Source of the DNA: Gracilinanus agilis
Lineage: Eukaryota
DNA length: 59,891 nucleotides
Direction of reading: 5' to 3'
Assembly (NCBI RefSeq): GCF_016433145.1
Contig: NC_058132.1
Span: 89,174,432 to 89,234,322 of the forward strand
A model generated the notes under the pieces. It had not been told where the DNA came from. It did no database searches and saw nothing but the letters and a program-made list of their open reading frames with translations. This document shows, in pieces, positions 1-11,844 of this stretch; within the stretch, counting starts at the first letter, position 1, and every line of letters begins with the position of its first letter. The translations under genes were made by a program, and so were the position numbers.

Positions 1-199
1 TTATGTGACTCTGGACAAGTCACTTAATTCTGTTTGTCACCATTTCCTGATTTGTAAGATAAATTGGAATAGGAAATAGAAAACCACTCCAGTATCTTTG
101 CCAAGAAACTGCCATATGGTGTTAGGAAGAGTCAGACAAGACTGAACAAAGATGAGCCCTGGTCTGCCTTGGATTTTAATCCTTCCTAGCCTCTTACAG

Positions 200-350
200 G
201 CAGCTAGGTGGCATAGTGGATAGAGTTTTGAGCTTGGAATTAGAAGAACTGAGATAAATTCCTTCCTCAGACAATTATTAGCTTCTGTGACCTTAACTTC
301 TATTTGCCTCAATTTTCTGAACTGTAAAATGGCAGTTAATGATAGCACCA
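200..350 (+). mobile_element. MIR/MAR1-type SINE fragment (approximate bounds)
   Basis: tRNA-like head GGCAGCTAGGTGGCATAGTGGATAGAG followed by core-like TGTGACCTT...CTCAATTTTCTGAACTGTAAAATGG. Many further MIR fragments occur in the window and are not all listed. Confidence 0.7.
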
Positions 351-3300
351 ATGTCCCAGGATTGTCTGGAGAACCGAATGAGATCTTTTTTGTAGATCAC
401 TTAGTCTAGTGCCTGGAATATAATCAATGCTTGTTTTCTTCTTTTTACTAGCTTTGAGTTCTTTAACCTTTACTTTCTTCATCTGTAAAAATGGTAGTAA
501 ACAGATTTACACTGTCTATTTATAGGATTATGGATCTAGAAGGTACCTCTGTCCACCTAATCTCATTTTACAGGTGAGGAAACAGGAGATCAGGAAGGCT
601 GGAACTTACCTAAAATCACAAGTTCTTTCTGGTAGTGAATTTCAGAAGTAGAATTTGAACCCAAGAGTCTCCGACTCTACAGTGGCACTGCCTCACTGAA
701 CAGGCTGTGGTGGAGACTACTCCAAAGTGTCATAGAAATGTGCATTAGGATTGACTGAGAAAATTATTCTACCTTTTCCTTCAAGTATTTTCCCAACTTC
801 TGTCCAATCCCTCTTCCTCCAGGAAGCCTTCCTTAACCCACCTAAGCCACCAGAAGCTCTCTTCTAGATTATCCATAGAACTTGCTCTATTCACCAGCCA
901 GGTTGGGGGCTTCCCAAAGCCATGCATTAAATTCCAGAACTAGCTTCAGGAAAGAAGGAAAGGAGAGGGAGAAGGGAGGGATAGAAGAGGAAGCATAGTT
1001 CCAGACTCAGTCTACAGGGAGCTCAAGTCCTCTTGTAGAAGACAGACTTGGAGATTAGGACAGGAGAAAGGAAATGACTGGAAGGGTTGCTATTCTCATC
1101 TGTGGGAGCCAGGGAGACTTGAAAAGGAAAAAGCAATAACCTTGCAAGGAGGTTCTTAGTGGACAAAAAACTGAACTCAGGAGCAACAGACAGATTCTAG
1201 CCCTGTTTGGTGTGTATATCTAAAGAGATTATCAGAGACTTAAGGAAGGAAGGCTCATATTAAATCAAAATCTATAGAGGATATGATTTCAAATTCTATC
1301 ATCCTGTTTTCACTATGTGACCTTGGGCCAGTTCTCTTAAACCAGCATTGGTCTCAGTTTCCTTATTTGAAGAACCAAGGGATTAGATTTGACTTCGATG
1401 TTGACTTTGTAGACAGGGGTCTTTGAACTTGTTTGAAAAATAGATAACTTTAAATGGTTTCCTTTTATCATATATTTTCTCATACATATCATAATATTTT
1501 ATTTTTTTAACACACCTATCACACATAGTCTTTCAAATATTTATAATAAAATACATATGTGTATGACATGGTAAGATAGATATATGTAAGGTTTCCCCAG
1601 ACCCCTTAGGGGGTCCAAGACTATAGAAATTTAAAAATATTAAGCTTTTTTTTCTCTTTCACCTTCCTCCAATGGTGGGGCGGGTGAAACTCCTTAAAAC
1701 AGGAAGGATAATCTCTTCAGTTCCTTCTATCTTTAAATCTTATGCTGAAATATGTGTGTAAAGCATTTTGAAACTAGAAGTGACTATATAGAGTAAATGT
1801 CAGTTATCTTTGGGTCTTTGAAGGTCTTCTGGCCTTTCTCTGGAGATCAGGATCTTCTAATCTTTTTGCCTCCTTCCCATTGGAAGTTCTGTTCATGATG
1901 GCCTTCTATTTTCAGCTGATTTTCTTATCCAACTCCTCATTTCATAGCTGGGGAAGCTGAGGCCCAAACACTTGGGAGAGACTTGCCAAACGATGGTTAG
2001 AATCCTCTCTTCAGTCCCAGGGAATGAATGGCTGTAGAAACTTAACTCTATTTGCTTTATCCCCCTAGCTGCTAGGGCCTAGCTCCCTACCACAGATTGT
2101 TAGAGGTGGGTACAGTGCTTAAGAAGGGGCTCCAGTGGGTGTTTTCTTGTGGAACTGATGGAAAACTCAGGGAATAGAGGAAGGCTGTGGGGGATAAAAT
2201 GAGGGATGAGCTCTTTCTAGTCTCCAATTTATCTTTTATCTAGGAAACTTGAGGCAAATGAGGTTAAGTGACTTACCAGAGTCTGCACAGTAAAAATCTG
2301 AGGATGGAGTTCTCTCAAGTAATACTGATTCCAGGCTTGATCCTCTATCCATTATACCACCTAGTTACCCTGGACTATACTCCCATACCAATTTGGAAGG
2401 TTTTCCTTCAGGGAAATTAAGGTCTTTTTGGTTAGGGTAGAAATAAGGAGGAAAAGCTTAACTTACACTTTTCTGAAGGGAAGGCAGTGCCATGTAGAAA
2501 AAAAGTGTTAAAATTCACTTGCTATGTGACCTTCAGCAAATTCCCCTCTCCACCCCTACTTCCTTTGGGCCTCAATTTCTTTAACCATAAAATAAATGTT
2601 GGACAAGACCTACCTAGTTCTTACACTTAATATTCTATGGCCCTTTCCTGCTTTCATATTAAACATTCCAAGGTCCCTCTCAGTTTCTGAAATAGAGAGA
2701 GGGGATGTCCCACCATTAGGGTTTGCCTCCTATCACAGAATAATTAGGTATCTGGTTTGAAAGTGAACCCAAATTTCTGGTAATTATATAAATAAGTAAT
2801 TATGTATATAAGTAATGATTGGCACTGAGGATGGGGTGGGAAGGAAGAAAGATTTCCCTCTTTCTTCCTCTCCCCTCAGAGGGAAAGGGTATGAGATCAT
2901 TTCCTCTTGACAAAGTGTGGAGAAGAGCTTTGGTCAGAAATTCTACTTCCACAAGGATTCTGTGCTTCCTGGTCCCTCTAGACTCTGCTCTCCTAGTGTC
3001 ATTTCTCCTCCCTACTTCTTCTTCCTTTCTCTTTTGACTAATGGCCTACTCTCCATCCCAACTACCCAAGATCCTTTCCTTCTAAATATACCAGGAATTT
3101 TTAACTTGGGGTATAATGAACTTTAAAAAATTTTATCTATTTAAACATGACTGATTTCCTTTATAATCCTAAGTATTTGATTTATGCATCAAGGCATTTT
3201 TCTGATGAGCCCATAGGCTTCATGAGGCTACCAAAAGGGTCTCTGCCTCTAAATTAACCTTAACCACATACTCCACTCCCCACTCCCAACCTCGCTACCC

Positions 3301-3758
3301 CAATTCTCCATTTCCCATCATTGGAGATACCTCTAGCAATGACCCCATCTCATCTCCTTCCCTCTGTGAAAGGAAATTCTTGGTTCTCTTTGTCTTAATT
3401 CTAAGTTTACACTTTTGAAAAGGGAATCTTTTATTCTCTTTGCCTGGTTGGAGTTAGAACTTTGGTTAACAATAACTTAAGTACCCCTACTTAGTACATC
3501 ATCACCGGATTCTGAGGACAGGATTAACACTCCTTTATCTACCTTTCCATTAAATCAACACTAGCTTGAACTAGGTGAGAAGCCAGTAAAATACTTGGGA
3601 GCTCCACCCTTTTTCTAACTCAAACAACCAGAAACTTGAATTCTTTTAAGAGTTCACACACTCAGAAATGTGTGAATCCAAAAATGACAACTGTGAATCC
3701 TAGAAGAGTTGACACCTTTAGAGGTGAGAAGTCAATCCCCTAGGCAGTGGAAACTGTG

Positions 3759-3775
3759 ATTGGCCCCTATAAAAA
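3759..3775 (+). promoter_or_regulatory. Candidate core promoter of the FOLR-like gene (inverted CCAAT plus TATA box)
   Basis: ATTGG at 3759-3763 and TATAAAAA at 3768-3775. They lie about 150 nt upstream of a strong GG|GTGAGT donor at 3923, with no ATG in between. Confidence 0.5.
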
Positions 3776-3797
3776 GGGGCAAGGACAGGAAGCCACA

Positions 3798-3922
3798 AAA
3801 TCCTTCTGCTGGGATAGTCTCCTGAATTGATTCTCCTGGAGAGTGTCTTCCAGGGAGCTTCACTGGAGACTGTGCCTTGGATCCTGGCTTCAGCTTAGAT
3901 TCTGACTCCTGTAGTATATTGG
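3798..3922 (+). other. Predicted non-coding first exon of the FOLR-like gene (start approximate)
   Basis: Bounded by the TATA box and the donor GTGAGT at 3923-3928. It would splice to the acceptor CCCCTCTCTTGGGCTCCAG (AG 4168-4169), 12 nt before the ATG. Confidence 0.5.
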
Positions 3923-4181
3923 GTGAGTGAAAAAGGCCTCCTAGGTACTTACTTTTGGCTCTCCTGGCTGAGGACTAGTATAGGTATTTCTAATCTCTCT
4001 CACATTTCTCTACTTTATTGTTTCCCCTCTTTTGGTAAATAAGCTTCTCACTTGTGATATAATGTTATTTCATATAATTTAAGTCCAACTACTGAATTTG
4101 ACCTTTATGCTCCCAGATTCCTGGTCCCATCCTCCCTCAACCTCTGATTTCCCCTCTCTTGGGCTCCAGGGACCAAAGACC

Positions 4182-4328
4182 ATGGCTCAACTGGTATGGG
4201 GGTTGCTCTTCCTGGGCCTCATGGCCATGGCTCATGGGCTTCGGAAGGGTGATGATCTGCTTGATGTCTGCATGGATGGTAAGCACCACAAGTACAAGCC
4301 TAGTAAAGAAGATTATCTTCATCAGCAG
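4182..4328 (+). CDS. Folate receptor family (FOLR1/2/3-like), coding exon 1
   Basis: Strong Kozak context agaccATGG. Encodes signal peptide MAQLVWGLLFLGLMAMAHG then the LLDVCMDGKHHK..P..ED.LHQQ motif. Ends at CAG|GTAAGT, phase 0, 147 nt. Confidence 0.95.
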
Positions 4329-4426
4329 GTAAGTGGCAGGGAGAACATCTCCAGGGCTAGAAGGTGGGACGCACTACTACAGTATGGAATCCTGAACAGG
4401 AGATGTGACAGGAGATTAGGCTAAAG

Positions 4427-4597
4427 CAGGGGTTGGCAACATGGCTTTCCAGCCATATCTGGCTTTTTGAGGGCCAGATGGCTCTTTCTGCAGGAGCCAT
4501 AAAGTCAATTTTCAGGCGCTGTGAGCACTGTATGAAATTACATTTTAAAAAATGTGGCATTTATGGCTCTCACGGCCAAAAAGGTTGCCGACCCCTG
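4427..4597. mobile_element. hAT/Charlie-type non-autonomous DNA transposon (MITE), 171 bp
   Basis: TIRs CAGGGGTTGGCAAC (4427-4440) and GTTGCCGACCCCTG (4584-4597) match 13/14. Imperfect 8-bp TSD GGCTAAAG/TGCTAGAG. Confidence 0.85.
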
Positions 4598-4725
4598 TGC
4601 TAGAGGGTGGGCCACAGGGGACAGGTAACACTGCACATCCCTAATTTAGGGACAGGAGCATTGTTCCTAATATGACAGTTTTCTCACAATGAGTAATCAC
4701 CAAAGGTGGGAAGTTAGCTTATTTT

Positions 4726-4904
4726 TTTTTTAACCCTAAACTTCTGTGTATTGTTTCATAGGTGGAAGAGTGGTAAGGGTGGGCAATGGGGGTCAAATGA
4801 CTTGCCCAGGGTCACACAGCTGGGAAGTGGCTGAGGCCGGGTTTTGAACCTAGGACCTCCTGTCTCTAGGCCTGACTCTTACTCCACTGAACTACCCAGC
4901 TGCT
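4726..4904 (-). mobile_element. SINE1_Mdo-like SINE in the FOLR intron
   Basis: Poly-T on the left, diagnostic body, 20-nt direct repeat GTGGGAAGTTAGCTTATTTT at 4706-4725 and 4905-4924. Inserted next to a MIR core. Confidence 0.9.
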
Positions 4905-5888
4905 GTGGGAAGTTAGCTTATTTTGCAGATGAGGAAACTGAGGCTTCAGAGCTAGATGATTTGCTCAAAGTCAGAGAGTTGGTCATTTTGGGACTAATCT
5001 GCATCTATATCTCAGGCTCTTGGAAATTTCATAGAATCCTAGATTGTTAGAATTAGAAGTGACAGTCAAACCACTGCATTTGTAAAAGTCCACGAACTTG
5101 GCAATGGGAATCCTGGGGAAAGATCAGACATAGCCTGTACCAAACTCACCATCAAATAAGAGAAAAGAGGAATATAAATAAGTATGCTAAAAAGGCTGGG
5201 AGGAAGATAAGGGCAAAGAAGATTTTACTAGAAAGTGCTAGAAGAAATTTGAGGAGAAAGTTCTTTTAAGATTTTATCTGAAAATAGTTTAAAAGTCCAT
5301 GTTATCTGCACAATCCCTGGATTGGAAAAACAGAAGAAAAAGCCCAAAGCTCTTGTAAGAAATACAGTGCATAGTAGGCGGTGGATGAAAGATGAAATGA
5401 AGGAGGAAACAAAGGTTCCATCTCCTGAACATGAAGTTTTATCAAGCAATGCAGGGCACATGTCCAAATTGGAACAGTCCCTCCCCTTCCTCTGCTTAGA
5501 CAAGGGGATCCTGAATACTGGGGGAGATAAACTTATCAAACAAGGAAACTATCAAACTGAATACAACATTAGGTAATTTGACTTCTAATTGGAGGAGAGA
5601 TCAGCGACTTCTCCAGTGTGAGGGGGAGAAAAATTACTGTCCCCCTCCAATTGTCTACTCAATGAAGGGAACAAGGAAACTTAACTGATTAACCAGTTCA
5701 GGGCCAGTTTTCATGAGATGTTCAGGTGCGTGAGCTGTATAATTAGGAGAAAATTCCTTGCATCTCTCTTTGGATCTGGCTGAGTTTCTGGCCAGCATGA
5801 CCTAGGTATGCTTAGAGCAGGTAGAGGTGGTCCACTTTCCCAGAGAGTCAGAGTTAGGGTCAAACAATGCAACAAGATCTTCCCATAA

Positions 5889-6224
<336 letters not shown>

Positions 6225-6301
6225 TAATGCTCCCTGGTGGAGAGGGTCTGGGACACTTGTGGAAGGGATTTATTATGTAGATGTGAACATGAGATTTGTG
6301 A

Positions 6302-6565
<264 letters not shown>

Positions 6566-7085
6566 TGACAGCTTGATAGGTTATTCCCAGAGGCAAAGAG
6601 GGAGCTCTGGGGGAAGGATGGTATCTGTGCCTTTGCACAGGAGATAGGGACTTGGACTCTGGGTATAGAACACTGTGTACTGTGGGTTTGATGTGCTGAA
6701 CTTATCCCACCCCCTTCAGTGTTTTTTTTTTTTTTTTGTTATAGCTTATGTCTGTCTGGAAGGACACAGGCCTTGAGATTTTGAGAAGTGTAGTTGATAG
6801 AATAATAAGAATAATAAGTGAAGGGTTAGGGTTTGGGCATGGAGCCTTGGGACTGAGGTAGAGGCAGCTGGGGGAAAGCTTAAATCTAGGGTTAGGGACT
6901 GGGATTTGGCATTAAGTATAGAGGAGTGTTTTGAGTAGAAATTTAGGTTAAGCAGGTCTTGGGGAAGGACCAGAGGGTAGTGGGCTGGCCATGATCTAGG
7001 GAGGGGAGAAGCCTGGGAGTTGGGGTTGAAGGCTGGTGGGGAGGTGAATCTAGAGTTATGGGGGAGCCCAAAGGGGTCTGGCTGA

Positions 7086-7260
<175 letters not shown>

Positions 7261-7760
7261 NNNNNNNNNNNNNNNNNNNNNNNNNNNNNNNNNNNNNNNN
7301 NNNNNNNNNNNNNNNNNNNNNNNNNNNNNNNNNNNNNNNNNNNNNNNNNNNNNNNNNNNNNNNNNNNNNNNNNNNNNNNNNNNNNNNNNNNNNNNNNNNN
7401 NNNNNNNNNNNNNNNNNNNNNNNNNNNNNNNNNNNNNNNNNNNNNNNNNNNNNNNNNNNNNNNNNNNNNNNNNNNNNNNNNNNNNNNNNNNNNNNNNNNN
7501 NNNNNNNNNNNNNNNNNNNNNNNNNNNNNNNNNNNNNNNNNNNNNNNNNNNNNNNNNNNNNNNNNNNNNNNNNNNNNNNNNNNNNNNNNNNNNNNNNNNN
7601 NNNNNNNNNNNNNNNNNNNNNNNNNNNNNNNNNNNNNNNNNNNNNNNNNNNNNNNNNNNNNNNNNNNNNNNNNNNNNNNNNNNNNNNNNNNNNNNNNNNN
7701 NNNNNNNNNNNNNNNNNNNNNNNNNNNNNNNNNNNNNNNNNNNNNNNNNNNNNNNNNNNN
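7261..7760. other. Assembly gap (500 N)
   Basis: Run of N covering the expected FOLR C-terminus. Confidence 1.
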
Positions 7761-8941
7761 AGATGGCCTTTAAAATCTCTTATACCTTTAAATCTATCAT
7801 CCTAAAACCTCTCATAACCTTACAGATCCTATGTTCAAAACTGAGCTTCTTACAGGACACTAAAACTGAATCTTTTATATTATCGGTGACAAAAATTAGC
7901 ATCAATATATGGCTTTATTTTCTCTATAGGGCTTTTTTGCATGTGAAGATTCTATGATGGCAACTTCCTTATCAGCAAAAGATGGAATCTCAGAGTTTCA
8001 GTCTTGAGAATAAAATCTGGAGTGGCCAGCTTTACAGGTAGGATTGGCCAATCTTCCAAGAACAGAGAATGTAAGTAAATATAGAGCAAGGCAGGCAGAG
8101 TGCAAGAATGAACTCTATTGACATTCCAAATTAATAGACGTTAGGTGTATTCTTCAAGATTAGCCTATGGAAGATTTCACTTTTTATATGAAACTTTATA
8201 CTGTTCCCTGTGTTTTTTTTCTTTTTATTCCCATGTGCTTCTGCATTGAACTGGTCAGTAAAACAATCCAGCAAACCTCAAAAGTGTTGTGTGTGCCTCA
8301 GTGAGAGGAAGGCAAGTGGAAAAGCCAGAAGACTGTGTTCTGTCCCACCAAAGGTCAAAGGGAAGAGACCTCCTGTTAGGAAACAATGGACCACAAGAGC
8401 TAAGAATCATTTGTAAAAGAAGATGATGATAATGAAGAAACCCATTTGGGACTGAGATATTTTCCTCAGTGACTGGAAGTGCGTGTAAGTTATATCTACT
8501 TCCTAGGGTTCAGTTTCTTCTTCTATAAAATAAAGATGTAATACTTTGTGATTACTCAGGAACTTCCATGATTGACATTCTATGATTCCATGAAATGTAT
8601 TGTTTTAAGGATATCATCTATTACCTTTGCAAGGCATCATTTGTATTGTTTCCATGTATATAGAAGTTTCTTTATAGGATCTTGACTAATTCTGAACTGT
8701 TTTGTTTACTCTTTTCTAGAGTTTTACTTTAATAGAAGAATCTCCCATTCCCTGAAGTATGGAGGCTACTTGGTCATAAATGTTAGCCTAATGGGTCAGT
8801 AGGATATTAGTGATTTTATGGTTTGAGAATACCTTTTTTAAGATAACTTCTTAATTTGTTGCCTCCTTTGAATCCAGAATCAGTGACAACTCAATAAACT
8901 TCCATTTTTCCCAGGGGATTTTTCCACCCTCTGGGGGTACT

Positions 8942-9901
8942 ATGCTGTCCTTAAATCATAGCAACACCACATTCCTCCTGATGGGCCTCCCAGGCCTAGA
9001 GGAAATGTACATCTGGATCTCTATTCCATTGTGTGTCATGTATATAGTTGCTGTTGCTGGAAATAGTTTGATCCTATGGGTGGTAAAATCAGAAACAATT
9101 CTTCACCAGCCAATGTACTATTTCCTTTCCATGCTGGCCATGACTGACCTAGGGCTCTCCTTTTCCACACTGCCTACTATGCTAACCATCTACCTGTTGG
9201 GCAATCGGGAAGTTGAGGTAGATGCATGCCTAGCCCAACTGTTTTTCATCCATACTTTTTCTGTCATGGAATCCTCTGTGCTTCTCTCCATGGCTTTTGA
9301 CCGTTTTGTGACCATCTGTAATCCACTGCGCTATACAACTATCCTACCCAACTCCCGAGTTGCTGGCCTGGGCCTTGCAATTGTGGTCCGTAGTATTGGG
9401 CTACATGTCCCTGCTCCTATCATGCTAAAAAAGCTTCCTTACTGCCATACTGGTCACCTTTCCCATTCTTATTGCTTACATCCAGATGTCATGAAGCTTG
9501 CTTGTACTGATACTCATGTGAATAGTGCTTATGGGCTCTTTGTGGTACTCTCCACTCTTGGCATGGACTCTATGCTTATTGTGGCTTCCTATGTGTTGAT
9601 CCTCTATGCTGTACTCACCATTGCTTCGCAGACAGAGAGACTTAAGGCCCTTAATACATGTGTCTCACATATCTGTGCAGTGCTACTCTTCTATACACCC
9701 ATGATTGGCCTGTCCATGATCCACCGTTTTGGGAAACAGGCTTCACCATGTATCCGGGTACTGCTCTCCTACTTGCATTTTCTCATGCCACCAATGGTCA
9801 ACCCCATTGTATATACTATTAAGACAAAGCAGATACGTCAGAGGATCTTCCATTTTTTTCAGTCTAGTGGGGCCAGAATGAGAATTAGGCAAGAACATTG
9901 A
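8942..9901 (+). CDS. Class I olfactory receptor, OR51 family, intact, 319 aa
   Basis: Motifs GN (TM1), LHQPMYYFL, MAFDRF..ICNPLRY, SHSYCLHPD, KALNTCVSH, HRFG, NPIVY.IKTKQIR. N-glycan sequon at N5. Upstream acceptor AG at 8913-8914. Confidence 0.97.
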   Translation: MLSLNHSNTTFLLMGLPGLEEMYIWISIPLCVMYIVAVAGNSLILWVVKSETILHQPMYYFLSMLAMTDLGLSFSTLPTMLTIYLLGNREVEVDACLAQLFFIHTFSVMESSVLLSMAFDRFVTICNPLRYTTILPNSRVAGLGLAIVVRSIGLHVPAPIMLKKLPYCHTGHLSHSYCLHPDVMKLACTDTHVNSAYGLFVVLSTLGMDSMLIVASYVLILYAVLTIASQTERLKALNTCVSHICAVLLFYTPMIGLSMIHRFGKQASPCIRVLLSYLHFLMPPMVNPIVYTIKTKQIRQRIFHFFQSSGARMRIRQEH

Positions 9902-11844
9902 GTCCAGTGGCTGGGAAGACAAAACAGTATCATACAATGAAGAAGGAGATGTCTTCCTTTTTCAAAATAGGGATCATCATTACCATTATCAGATATAATG
10001 GAAAGATATAATCCCAATTTTCTGGAAGCCTGCTCTTCATGAAGGTGACATGAAACTATTTCTACAGATCTTCATCTGATTTAGAACATACAATCCTCCT
10101 GTTTGATATTAATTACATGGCCTTCTTTGTTGAAGAATTCCTGTACTTATTTTTTTAAAATAGCGCTCTCTGTTCTAGTCAGAGAAGTATAGCCCCCTAC
10201 ATTAGGGAATTTCTAGTATAATAAAGAACAAATGTCCTTTGAAAGCAAGATTTCAAAAAAAAGAGAAAAAAAAACTAAGGCCAATTATAATATACCCTAA
10301 AATCATTAGACCTATGATTTCATTGGTATGGAGTACTCTCAGTGAGGAACTCTACTCTGAAACTTATAGTCTTGGAAAACTAGGAAAAATGAGAAATCAA
10401 TTGTCTTACCTAAGGTCAATCATGCAGGTTGTCTTAGATATAGACCTTGAACCAAATTCTTCCTATCTCCCGGGTCAGTACTCTGTCTACTATGCTATAC
10501 CTATATTGCTTAAAACCACACAAAAACATGCAAATTTTTGTATATAAGTGATGAAAAAAAGAGAATAGAGGAAAATGTCAGTTGGAAGAAGATAATGAAT
10601 GAACGCATGCATAGAAAAAAAATATTGTGTCTACTATTTGTGGAGCACATAATCAGAAAAGATTTCCTGAAGGAGTGTAGTTTTGAATGAGAGAATTATT
10701 AAAGGAAAGGAACAAGGAGAGCCTTTCAGTTGGCTAGATGCTTCACTGTTACGGAATTCTTTGGCATTGCTTCTTATCTGATCTTAAAGTTCCTTCTTCC
10801 TCACCTCTAAAATCTGTAGATAAATTATAGTGCTTGGAAGATTTGACATGCCATGACTAGGTCTTGATTGGATCAATGAGATCTATGCATCACATTGTTT
10901 AGAAAATTCTTTGGGTTTCAAAACATTCTAGGCATGGCTATATTTAAATATTTTATTGTTTATGTCTATGTATATGTTTAGTTTTGTAAATTGCCTAGAA
11001 ACATAAAAAAAATCATGAGTATTGACCATTATTGTCATAAAGCCTCTACTCTCTATATTGTCGGCAAGTCCCTCAATCCCTGGTCCAGGCCAAATAAGTC
11101 ATTCATTTTGTACCAAGTTCTAACAAGATATGTTAGCTAGTTTCCAAACTAGTTTTGCAATGCTTTATTATATGCTGAAGAACATTGCTGAAAGAGGCAA
11201 TTCCAAGGCAGCTGTGTAATCAGATAGCCTGACCCATGAATGAAGAGGGAAAATATTAACAAAAAACTCAACCCAGCAATATGGGTTAATATGGTACTAA
11301 AGAAAATCTATTTCCCACAACTCAATGGGCATCACCGAAAGGCATCACTGACCAGAAAAAAATTAAAAACAACTCCTTAAAAGAAATATTTAGAAAAGGT
11401 GATTTTACTTACAATCATTTCTTACACGTGACCACAGTTCTTTTAATCCATTTTAAAAGTGTTTTCACCACAATGGTTAAAATAAACTTACGTCAGAATG
11501 GTTATGTAATAAATGAAGATTATAAAGTGAGTGACTGAGAGGGAAAGTTAGTGAGAAAGTAGAGGAGTCAAGGAGAAAATAACAGGGGAACATTTTCAGA
11601 GAGTAGAAGAACCGGTGGAGTGTCTTTAGGAACCTGCTCTTGACCTTATGGTATTTAACATTTTTATCAATATCTGAGGAAAACAGAAAGAATATTTACA
11701 TAGCTTTCAGAAGACTCAAAAAAGGGACACAACTATTGGATAAGAGAGTTAGGAAAAAAAAATCTTTGAAGTCTAAAACACAGAGCCAATTCCGGTAAAA
11801 TGAAATTTAATAAAGATGAATATAGTAGCTAAGCAGCACAGGGG

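Noticed and set aside
1414-1625. Possible third hAT element starting CAGGGGTCTTTGAAC
   Set aside because: No matching right TIR or TSD could be found.
2407-2415. TTCAGGGAA as a STAT5 (lactation) site upstream of FOLR
   Set aside because: A single isolated match that misses the preferred TTCYNRGAA form.
6967-6981. CTCF-like motif GGACCAGAGGGTAGT (and a similar one at about 8922-8936) as an insulator between FOLR and the ORs
   Set aside because: Only about 12/15 to the consensus with mismatches in the core, which is expected by chance. I found no convincing HS4-like insulator by eye.
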